Of a stretch of 35,905 nt of DNA, positions 8,676-15,709 are shown piece by piece; positions within the stretch are counted from its first letter, which is position 1, and each line of letters opens with the position of its first letter. The stretch covers positions 1 through 35,905 of the forward strand of contig JAYRFE010000082.1 in assembly GCA_041908545.1 (NCBI GenBank), given 5' to 3'. The notes beneath the pieces were generated by a model. The model saw nothing but the letters and a program-made list of their open reading frames with translations, had not been told where the DNA came from and did not search any database. The translations under genes and the position numbers were made by a program. The DNA is from Candidatus Moraniibacteriota bacterium (GTDB taxonomy: Bacteria; Patescibacteriota; Minisyncoccia; Moranbacterales; UBA1568).

Positions 8676-9302
8676 CTATGAGTGATCGTGGGTGTGCAGC
8701 GCCTGTTTTACCCGAGCGAATAACGCTGAGTCTTCCTGCTCGATGAACGGAAGCGCGTTCGAGAGAAATTCGGCCAGTTTCTTTTTGAGAGAGGTTGACA
8801 CCTTCCAGTTGAGTGCTTCGGAAATGCACCAGGTGTACGCGAGCACATCCTTGTCTTGCGCAAGTTCCGAGTGAGCGTTCAGAAGCAGTAGTTTTCCGAG
8901 AAACTCCGACTCCTTCTTCGGAAATTTTCCGGCATGAGGGAGCCAGCTGCGTACGATATGGAGGAGATTCCGATATCCGTCGCAGGAGGGGCGTTCAAGC
9001 AGGTCGAACTTGCGGACATCCGGAACCAGGAGAATGACGGCTGCCCGTATCCGGAAACCGATGCTTTCGGTACCCATCACGATCAGTCGGTTCATATCGG
9101 TGTGGCAAGTATTTCTTGTGACCCATGTGTTCCATTCGGCTTCTTCACTCTCGTCGAGAATCTGTTCCAAACTCCGTTTGAGTACTGTCTGGTATCGCTT
9201 CGAGTCGATGGAGCGTGTCGGAGCGATCACCGGTGTTCTTCGCTGACGGAAGGCACGGTGTTGTTGATGCGGGTTGTCGGAAGCAGCCTGGAGCATATGC
9301 AT
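8676..9302 (-). CDS. Hypothetical protein (208 aa), no family recognised
   Basis: ATG at 9302. An AGGAG Shine-Dalgarno (complement of 9311-9315) lies 8 nt upstream, and the gene has its own near-consensus promoter. The protein has no TM segment and no motif I can name. Confidence 0.6.
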   Translation of the reverse strand: MHMLQAASDNPHQQHRAFRQRRTPVIAPTRSIDSKRYQTVLKRSLEQILDESEEAEWNTWVTRNTCHTDMNRLIVMGTESIGFRIRAAVILLVPDVRKFDLLERPSCDGYRNLLHIVRSWLPHAGKFPKKESEFLGKLLLLNAHSELAQDKDVLAYTWCISEALNWKVSTSLKKKLAEFLSNALPFIEQEDSALFARVKQALHTHDHS

Positions 9303-9344
9303 AGGGGATTCTCCTAATTTAGTTGTAAAAGGACGGACAAAGAA

Positions 9345-9364
9345 TTATGTGCAGGTGCACATAA
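9345..9364. promoter_or_regulatory. 20-bp palindrome TTATGTGCA-GG-TGCACATAA (perfect 9-bp arms), operator-like, at the predicted transcription start of the orphan gene
   Basis: Read directly from the sequence. It begins about 7 nt downstream of the minus-strand -10 hexamer. Confidence 0.4.
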
Positions 9365-9370
9365 ACCGAA

Positions 9371-9399
9371 ATTGTACGGAGTTTTTTGGAAGGAGTCAA
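9371..9399 (-). promoter_or_regulatory. Sigma70-type promoter for the orphan gene: TTGACT-17 nt-TACAAT (minus strand)
   Basis: Plus-strand agtcaa at 9394-9399 and attgta at 9371-9376, separated by exactly 17 nt. Confidence 0.5.
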
Positions 9400-9458
9400 G
9401 TATTCAGGATACGGAAGTGACCTGGTTCATGGTCGAAGAGGTGGTTCCCTTGGTGGTG

Positions 9459-9487
9459 TTGACTTGTTTTTTGTTTTCTGATATAAT
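9459..9487 (+). promoter_or_regulatory. Sigma70-type promoter for the DEAD-box helicase: TTGACT-17 nt-TATAAT
   Basis: TTGACT at 9459-9464, a 17-nt T-rich spacer, and a perfect TATAAT at 9482-9487. This implies a leader of about 115 nt. Confidence 0.55.
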
Positions 9488-9609
9488 GGCTATCTTATCT
9501 GATTTCTTTCCTATGGGGTGGGGGATGCGAAAAGGGCTTGGGTAGGAGTAATTTCTGGTATGTATCCTGTAATCAAGGAATCGTACCCAAGCACTAAAAG
9601 AAGAAGCAT

Positions 9610-10839
9610 ATGTTTCGAAAGACTTTTGAGAAGCGTCATTCAAGCGAATTGCGCCAAATATCAGGGAGAAATTATGTCGGTCGACGGAATCAGAGTGGTG
9701 TCCGAGCCGGGAGTAATCGGAAGAAGGCCTCGCGGATCGATCCCGAACTGTTCGTCCGTAAGGCGATCGTGACGACCAAGGCCGAATCATTCGATCCGAA
9801 GCATCGTTTCGTGGATTTCCGTATCGATCCGAAGATCAAAGCGAATATCGAGCGTCGCGGATATATTCATCCGACGCCGATTCAGGACGGGGCGATTCCG
9901 GTCGTACTCGAGAAGCGCGATGTGATCGGTATGGCCAGTACGGGAACGGGTAAGACCGCTGCTTTCCTCATTCCGCTCCTGCATAAGGTGCTGCATAGCC
10001 GGACCGAGAAAGCTCTGATCATCGTGCCGACCCGTGAACTGGCCAATCAGATCGATGTCGAATTCCGTGATTTTTCCCGTGGACTTGGTATCCAGTCGGC
10101 CGTCTGTATCGGCGGGGCGCATATTTATCCTCAGATCAAGCGTTTACAGCAGAATCCGAACTTCGTCATCGGAACACCGGGTCGTCTGAAGGACCTGGTC
10201 GAGCGGAAGAATCTTGATCTTTCGCCGTTCAGTACGGTCGTACTCGACGAAGTCGATCGGATGCTCGATATGGGATTCATCCATGATATGAAATATCTGC
10301 TCTCGCTTCTCAAGGAACCGCGGCAGACGCTTTTCTTTTCGGCGACTCTGCCGCGCGAAATCGCCGATCTGGCGAAGAAATTCCTGAAAGATCCGATTAC
10401 GATCCGCATCGAGTCCCGTGCGACTTCGGAGAATGTCGAGCAGGATATCATCGTGGTCAAGAATCGCGATCAGAAGATCGAAACGCTTCATGAGTTGTTT
10501 CTCAAGGAAGGCTTCGAGAAGATTCTCGTGTTCTGTCGGACCAAACATGGCTCCGACCGTCTGTCGAAGAACTTGCGCGAACGCGGATTCAAGGCCGACG
10601 CGTTGCACGGAGACAAATCGCAAAGCCAACGTGAGCGTGCCCTGCGTCAGTTCGAGAAGGATGAGCTCAAAGTGCTCGTCGCGACCGATGTGGCCGCGCG
10701 CGGACTCGATATCAAGGGCGTGACACACGTCATCAACTACGATGTTCCGGAAACCTATGAGGATTATATCCATCGTATCGGCCGGACGGGTCGGGCTGGA
10801 CAAACAGGGAATGCCTTGACCTTCATCGATGAGTTCTAA
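9610..10839 (+). CDS. DEAD-box ATP-dependent RNA helicase (DEVD variant)
   Basis: Q motif (GYIHPTPIQ). Motif I (ASTGTGKTAAF), Ia (PTRELA), Ib (TPGRL), II (DEVD), III (SAT), V (VATDVAARGLD) and VI (HRIGRTGRAG). The N-terminal tail is basic. Confidence 0.9.
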   Translation: MFRKTFEKRHSSELRQISGRNYVGRRNQSGVRAGSNRKKASRIDPELFVRKAIVTTKAESFDPKHRFVDFRIDPKIKANIERRGYIHPTPIQDGAIPVVLEKRDVIGMASTGTGKTAAFLIPLLHKVLHSRTEKALIIVPTRELANQIDVEFRDFSRGLGIQSAVCIGGAHIYPQIKRLQQNPNFVIGTPGRLKDLVERKNLDLSPFSTVVLDEVDRMLDMGFIHDMKYLLSLLKEPRQTLFFSATLPREIADLAKKFLKDPITIRIESRATSENVEQDIIVVKNRDQKIETLHELFLKEGFEKILVFCRTKHGSDRLSKNLRERGFKADALHGDKSQSQRERALRQFEKDELKVLVATDVAARGLDIKGVTHVINYDVPETYEDYIHRIGRTGRAGQTGNALTFIDEF

Positions 10840-10872
10840 GTTCTTTTGGTCGTTGTTTTCGTGAGAGAGGAG

Positions 10873-11082
10873 ATGGAAGTGTTTGATATCTCGGTCGCAT
10901 CGAGTGCTATCTTCGGACTAGCATTTCTTGTGATGGGCGGTGCTTTCTGGTGTTGGAATGCGCGCGTGATGGATCGTAACGGCAAGGTATGTCGCCGGTT
11001 TCATCGGAGCGATATCCTTGTCGGTATCGGCGTGTGCCTGGCCGTCCTGACGGTATCGGCGCTCGTCGTTTCCAGGATGTGA
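10873..11082 (+). CDS. Small two-TM membrane protein (69 aa)
   Basis: The ORF track starts at a TTG (10846). I prefer the ATG at 10873, which is directly preceded by gagaggag. There are two hydrophobic helices, and a terminator follows. Confidence 0.45.
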   Translation: MEVFDISVASSAIFGLAFLVMGGAFWCWNARVMDRNGKVCRRFHRSDILVGIGVCLAVLTVSALVVSRM

Positions 11083-11113
11083 GGAAAAAAGAGAATATGC
11101 CTTTTTGGCTTAG

Positions 11114-11145
11114 CTGTCGGACTATCTGTCTCGACAGTTTTTTTT
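11114..11145 (+). terminator. Rho-independent terminator
   Basis: CTGTCGG (11114-11120) pairs with TCGACAG (11131-11137), followed by T8 (11138-11145). Confidence 0.6.
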
Positions 11146-11239
11146 GTTGAGTAGATCTTTTTTTGCCGACTTTGTCAATCGTGTCGGACTGCTGATTCTG
11201 CGCTATCATGAGAACGTATCATGTGATTTTTGCTTTCGT

Positions 11240-12319
11240 ATGCAGGCGGTATTGGCGAGACATCCGGTGGCCCAAGTACTCGAGCATTCCCTTGGAATGC
11301 TCGTGATTACCGATGCGGCAGGTATAGCCGTGTATGCCAATGAGGGAGCGGTACGCCGGACAGGGTACGCGATCGCTGAGACGATCGGAAAGAAACCGGG
11401 TCGGTTGTGGGGTGGACATATGACGAGGAATTTCTATGATTCCCTCTGGGCCGACTTGAGGCGGGTGCGTCCGGTGGTAACCGATCTTGAGAATCAACGG
11501 AAGAATGGCCAGCTCTATCGGGAGAGGGTGCATATCGCTCCTCTCGTCAGGGAGAAGGGTGATACTCCGTTTTTTATCGCGGTACAGCCTTTTCATCTCG
11601 AAGATACCGGTTCGATGGACCGTTTCGGGGCGGATTTCAAGCGAGTGTTCGGGACGGGAGGGAGGATATCCGATACGCGGTTTTTCGGGTGGGTGAGCCG
11701 ATGGTTCGGGACTGAGGCCATATCGATGTCCCAGGGAAAAGGGAGATATGAAGTGGTGAATTTCATCGAAAACGAGCTGATTCACCCGATGCGCGAGCGA
11801 TTCGCGGCCCGTGAGGAAGACCGGATATTGATCGAGGCGGCTCAGTCGGATGCCCGAGAATTCCGTCGCCTGTATACGAAGTATGAGGTTCTGGTGAAGC
11901 GGTATTTCCTGCGGCATCTGAGTTTCGACGAGGATATGGCCGATGATTTGACACAAGAAACCTTTTATCGGGCGCTCGTCTATCTTCCCGGTTTTGCGGC
12001 TACGAATGCTTCGTATGGGACGTATCTCTTGCGGGTGGCGCATAATCTTCTCGTGAATCATTACCGGAAAAAGCAGATAGTCGCATTGTTCGATAATCAG
12101 GATCAGGAAGCGGCAGTGAGCGATATGGGCGCAGTGCCTCAGGTATCCGGACGGATACTGGATATGCCGGCTCTGCGTGCGAGTGAGCGCGAAATACTTT
12201 CGATGAAGTATGAGGAAGGATTCTCGGCACATGAAATCGCGGTACTGCTTGGCGTATCGGAGAATGCTGTCAAACTACGACTTTCCCGTGCCCGAAAACA
12301 TCTCAGAGAACTTCTTTAG
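11240..12319 (+). CDS. PAS-domain / ECF-type sigma-70 family fusion protein
   Basis: The N-terminal roughly 115 aa look like a PAS fold (GMLVITDAAGIAVYANEGAVRRTGYAIAETIGKKP...NQRKNGQLYRERVHIAPL). The C-terminal half has sigma region 2 (DDLTQETFYRALVYLPGF...YLLRVAHNLLVNHYRK) and region 4 (LSMKYEEGFSAHEIAVLLGVSENAVKLRLSRARKHLR), with no region 3. The track start (TTG 11144) lies inside the upstream terminator, so I use the ATG at 11240. The start remains uncertain. Confidence 0.8.
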   Translation: MQAVLARHPVAQVLEHSLGMLVITDAAGIAVYANEGAVRRTGYAIAETIGKKPGRLWGGHMTRNFYDSLWADLRRVRPVVTDLENQRKNGQLYRERVHIAPLVREKGDTPFFIAVQPFHLEDTGSMDRFGADFKRVFGTGGRISDTRFFGWVSRWFGTEAISMSQGKGRYEVVNFIENELIHPMRERFAAREEDRILIEAAQSDAREFRRLYTKYEVLVKRYFLRHLSFDEDMADDLTQETFYRALVYLPGFAATNASYGTYLLRVAHNLLVNHYRKKQIVALFDNQDQEAAVSDMGAVPQVSGRILDMPALRASEREILSMKYEEGFSAHEIAVLLGVSENAVKLRLSRARKHLRELL

Positions 12320-12491
12320 GTTCCCGGAATATTCTTCGTGACACCTTTTCGCCTCTCAGGTGTTTATACATCGTGTACAGTCGGAACCGTTTTTTGTTTC
12401 GCCTTTCAGAAAAGGGGCGAAGGAATACGCTGGGTGCGGGAGAGGCGCCTGGTGGTTGGTTTGTGCGGTAAACAGGTTAAAAAACAAAGAT

Positions 12492-14648
12492 ATGCCGGTT
12501 TATAAGATACAGAAACGCAACGGTTCGATCGTCGATTTCAATTTGGAGAAGATCGAGGATGCCATCAATCAGGCAGCCAAGGCGACCGGCAAGCATGATG
12601 AGATCGTCGCGCAGGTATTGGCACAGGATGTATATGCCCGGCTGGAGGAAGAATTTTCGGATAAGATTCCGGCGGTCGAAGAGGTGCAGGATATCGTCGA
12701 AGATATGCTCATCCAATACGGCTACGCTGAAACCGCCAAGGCCTATATCCTCTATCGGGAGAAGAGACGGGAGGCGCGAGAAGAGAAGAATGTTGTCGTC
12801 GAGGTCGAAAGGGCGATCCGTGAGTATCTCGAGAAGCTTGATTGGCGGGTGAATGCGAATTCGAACCAGGGATATTCGCTTGGTGGCATGATCCTGAATA
12901 CGGCCGGGAGCGTCATCGCGAACTATTGGCTCTCGCATATCTATCCGAAGGCGGTCGGGGATGCGCATCGGAATGGAGACTATCATATTCATGATTTGGA
13001 TATGTTTTCGGGTTATTGCGCGGGATGGAGTCTCCGCGTCTTGCTTGAGGAGGGATTCAACGGGGTGCCGAACAAAGTCGAGTCCGCTGCACCGAAACAT
13101 CTCTCCTCGGCCGTATCGCAGATGGTGAATTTTCTCGGGACGCTTCAGAATGAATGGGCGGGGGCTCAGGCTTTTTCGAGTTTCGATACGTATCTCGCGC
13201 CTTTCGTGAAGAAGTACGAGCTTGAGTTACGGGAAGATATCAAGAAGTATCGGATGACTTTCGCCAGCAAGGCGAAACAGGAGCAGTATGTGGCCGATCG
13301 GGTGTATGACTATGTGCACCAGAATATCCAGTCTTTCGTCTTCAATCTGAATATCCCGTCACGCTGGGGGACACAGACTCCGTTCACCAATATCACGCTC
13401 GACTGGGATGTGCCGGAAGATATGCGTGAGAAGCGGCTTCTGCTCGGCGGTGAGCCGTTTGCCTATACGTTCGGGGAACTGCAGCCGGAGATGGATATCA
13501 TCAATCGGGCTTTCATCGAAGTGATGTCCCGGGGGGACGCGAAGGGGCGGACATTCACCTTTCCGATTCCGACCTACAATGTGACCAAGGGTTTCGACTG
13601 GGAAGACCCGAAGAATCTGCCGCTGTTCGAAATGACGGCCAAGTATGGCACGCCGTATTTCCAGAATTTCGTGAATTCCGAATTGAATCCGAGCGATGTG
13701 CGGTCGATGTGCTGCCGGCTGCAGCTCGACTTGCGGGAACTCCGGAAGCGCGGGGGAGGACTTTTCGGTTCGGCCGAGATGACCGGATCGATCGGAGTCG
13801 TGACTATCAATGCGGCTCGGCTCGGATATCTCCATCGGGGGGATCGGGAAAAATTCTATGAGCGGCTCGGGTATCTTATGGACCTTGCCAAGACGTCGCT
13901 CGAGATCAAACGCGAAGAGATCCAGAAATGGATCGATCGAGGACTCTTTCCGTACACCAAGCGGTATCTCGGATATCTCCGGAATCATTTCTCGACTATC
14001 GGAGTGAACGGTATCAATGAGGCGATACGGAATTTCACCGGTGATACGGAAAATATCGCGACGCCGAAAGGACAGATATTGGCGAAGGAAATCCTCGATT
14101 TCATGCGGGAACGCATCAAGGACTATCAGGAAGAGACGAACAATTATTACAATCTCGAGGCAACCCCGGCTGAGGGGACGACATACCGTTTCGCCAAGGA
14201 GGACAAGAAACGTTTCCCGGACATCATCCAGGCTGGAACCGCGGAGGCTCCGTACTATACGAATTCTTCCCAGGTGCCGGTGGAATACAGCGACGATATC
14301 TTCGAGGTGCTTGAGCTGCAGGATGAGCTGCAGCGCAAGTATACCGGTGGCACGGTATTGCATTGCTACATGCATGAGAAAGTGAGTTCCGGGGCAGCCT
14401 GTCGCAGCTTGGTCCGCTCGATCCTTTCGAATTATCGTTTGCCGTATATCACCATCACGCCGACATTTTCCATCTGTCCGAAGCATGGGTATCTGGAAGG
14501 GGAATGGGACTATTGTCCGAAATGCGACCGCGAGTTGGGAATCGAGAACGGAGAGCGTTTCGACGCGACGACGCGGCAGAAATACGAGAGTCGGCAGGCG
14601 GAGGCCGCACCGAAGGGTGTTTCCGGGCTGAAGAGGAAAGCGACATAA
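12492..14648 (+). CDS. nrdD: Anaerobic (class III) ribonucleoside-triphosphate reductase, large piece lacking the glycyl-radical loop
   Basis: The ATG at 12492 gives an N-terminal ATP-cone (VYKIQKRNGSIVDFNLEKIEDAI...). The catalytic signature is SMCCRLQLDLRELRKRGGGLFG. A C-terminal Zn-ribbon-like segment reads ICPKHGYLEGEWDYCPKC. The ORF ends at TAA 14646 after a charged tail and has no RVxGY motif. Confidence 0.9.
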   Translation: MPVYKIQKRNGSIVDFNLEKIEDAINQAAKATGKHDEIVAQVLAQDVYARLEEEFSDKIPAVEEVQDIVEDMLIQYGYAETAKAYILYREKRREAREEKNVVVEVERAIREYLEKLDWRVNANSNQGYSLGGMILNTAGSVIANYWLSHIYPKAVGDAHRNGDYHIHDLDMFSGYCAGWSLRVLLEEGFNGVPNKVESAAPKHLSSAVSQMVNFLGTLQNEWAGAQAFSSFDTYLAPFVKKYELELREDIKKYRMTFASKAKQEQYVADRVYDYVHQNIQSFVFNLNIPSRWGTQTPFTNITLDWDVPEDMREKRLLLGGEPFAYTFGELQPEMDIINRAFIEVMSRGDAKGRTFTFPIPTYNVTKGFDWEDPKNLPLFEMTAKYGTPYFQNFVNSELNPSDVRSMCCRLQLDLRELRKRGGGLFGSAEMTGSIGVVTINAARLGYLHRGDREKFYERLGYLMDLAKTSLEIKREEIQKWIDRGLFPYTKRYLGYLRNHFSTIGVNGINEAIRNFTGDTENIATPKGQILAKEILDFMRERIKDYQEETNNYYNLEATPAEGTTYRFAKEDKKRFPDIIQAGTAEAPYYTNSSQVPVEYSDDIFEVLELQDELQRKYTGGTVLHCYMHEKVSSGAACRSLVRSILSNYRLPYITITPTFSICPKHGYLEGEWDYCPKCDRELGIENGERFDATTRQKYESRQAEAAPKGVSGLKRKAT

Positions 14649-14684
14649 TTCATCAAAGAATAATCATTTAAAATACAAAAGAGT

Positions 14685-14873
14685 ATGACGGAAGAGACGC
14701 AACTGGTAGAACGAACTCGTTGTGAGGTGTGGACGCGGGTGATGGGGTATCATCGTCCGGTATCGCATTTCAATGTCGGGAAGAAATCCGAACACTATTC
14801 ACGCAAACACTTCACGGAAACGGTGGCTGCCAACCATGCCTTCTGCCAGCAGTATGCGGAAGCTGAGTGCTGA
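14685..14873 (+). CDS. Stand-alone NrdD C-terminal glycyl-radical domain (62 aa)
   Basis: RCEVWTRVMGYHRPVSHFNVGKKSEHYSRKHF matches the conserved NrdD C-terminal glycyl-radical signature (RVxGY.RPV...GK...R). It is in the same frame as nrdD but separated from it by two in-frame TAA codons (14646, 14661). nrdG starts 9 nt downstream. Confidence 0.75.
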   Translation: MTEETQLVERTRCEVWTRVMGYHRPVSHFNVGKKSEHYSRKHFTETVAANHAFCQQYAEAEC

Positions 14874-14882
14874 TGACCGTTT

Positions 14883-15590
14883 ATGCTTTTGAGCGGTATC
14901 ACCAAACTGACACTCCTCGATTTTCCGGAAAAAACGGCCTGTATCGTCTTTACGGCCGGATGTAATTTCCGTTGCGGGTACTGTCATAACCCGGAGTTCG
15001 TTCTTCCGGAACGGCTCAAGGAAATTGAGAAGGGATTCATTCCCGAAGAAGTCTTTTTCCGTTTTCTTGAACGCCGGAAGGGTCTCCTGCAGGGTGTCGT
15101 GATCACCGGCGGTGAGCCGACGCTGCATCCTGATCTGGAAGATTTCATCGGGAAGATCCGAACACTCGGATATGCGGTGAAGCTGGATACGAACGGCAAT
15201 CGTCCGGAGGTGTTGCGGCGCCTGATCGAGCGTGGACTCGTGCAGTATGTCGCGATGGACTTCAAGACGAGCTTCGATCGCTACTCCGCCCTTTCAGGGT
15301 TGGGGGCCGATGCGGAAGCGGTGAAGAAGAGCTTCGATCTGTTGAAGGAGGGAAGAATACCGTATGAATTCCGTACGACGCTCGTGCGTGAGATGCATGC
15401 CGAAGAAGTGTTGCGGGAAATGAAACGGTCGCTTCGGGGTGCCACTCGGTATTTTCTCCAGCCGTTCCGAAGCGAGATCGTGCTGGATCCGAAGTTCGAA
15501 ACGATGAGTGCATTCTCGGAAGCGGAAATGGCGTCCTTGGTGGAGTACTTTTCCGACGTCGTCGGGGAAGTCGGTATCCGGGAAGCATAG
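14883..15590 (+). CDS. nrdG: Anaerobic ribonucleotide reductase activating protein (radical SAM)
   Basis: CNFRCGYCHN (CX3CX2C) cluster motif and GGEPTL SAM motif. It lies immediately downstream of nrdD. Confidence 0.9.
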   Translation: MLLSGITKLTLLDFPEKTACIVFTAGCNFRCGYCHNPEFVLPERLKEIEKGFIPEEVFFRFLERRKGLLQGVVITGGEPTLHPDLEDFIGKIRTLGYAVKLDTNGNRPEVLRRLIERGLVQYVAMDFKTSFDRYSALSGLGADAEAVKKSFDLLKEGRIPYEFRTTLVREMHAEEVLREMKRSLRGATRYFLQPFRSEIVLDPKFETMSAFSEAEMASLVEYFSDVVGEVGIREA

Positions 15591-15638
15591 GGAGTCCAGG
15601 CTTGCTTTTTTGGTTGATCGATGCGAGAGTGGGCGTGG

Positions 15639-15666
15639 GAGGAAACTGCTACGGGCGGTTTTCCTC
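15639..15666 (+). terminator. Possible terminator hairpin after nrdG
   Basis: GAGGAAA (15639-15645) pairs with TTTCCTC (15660-15666) around a 14-nt loop, followed by a T-rich stretch. The loop is large, so support is weak. Confidence 0.35.
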
Positions 15667-15709
15667 TTTCTGTTTCTTTGACAAACGAACAAGAAAGGCA
15701 GGAATCAAG

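Noticed and set aside
8676-9302. A HEPN-like nuclease motif (YRNLLHIV) in the orphan protein.
   Set aside because: Only three residues separate the R and the H, whereas the HEPN motif is Rx4-6H. No other HEPN features are recognisable by eye.
9404-9790. ORFs in the DEAD-box leader region (9404-9790 on the - strand, 9518-9772 on the + strand).
   Set aside because: They overlap a consensus promoter, the leader and the helicase N-terminus. They have no start signals or motifs.
11116-11190. A 9-bp direct repeat TGTCGGACT (11115-11123 and 11182-11190) upstream of the PAS-sigma gene, considered as a possible ECF autoregulatory promoter.
   Set aside because: The first copy is simply part of the terminator stem. 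No GGAAC...CGT-type -35/-10 pair with 16-17 nt spacing could be found.
12320-12491. An NrdR box or cobalamin riboswitch in the 172-nt region upstream of nrdD.
   Set aside because: I found only two hairpins: ACACCT/AGGTGT at 12341-12363, and TTCGCCTTT/AAAGGGGCGAA at 12398-12421. There is no 16-bp ACAC...GTGT-type palindrome pair and no B12-box-like element. The first hairpin may simply terminate the sigma gene.
14646-14663. Stop-codon recoding, read-through or an alternative genetic code as an explanation for the nrdD split.
   Set aside because: There are two separate in-frame TAA codons 15 nt apart. TAA, TAG and TGA all terminate well-defined proteins elsewhere in the window. For example, TGA ends ABC-F right before a terminator, TAG ends znuB, and TAA ends the DEAD-box helicase.
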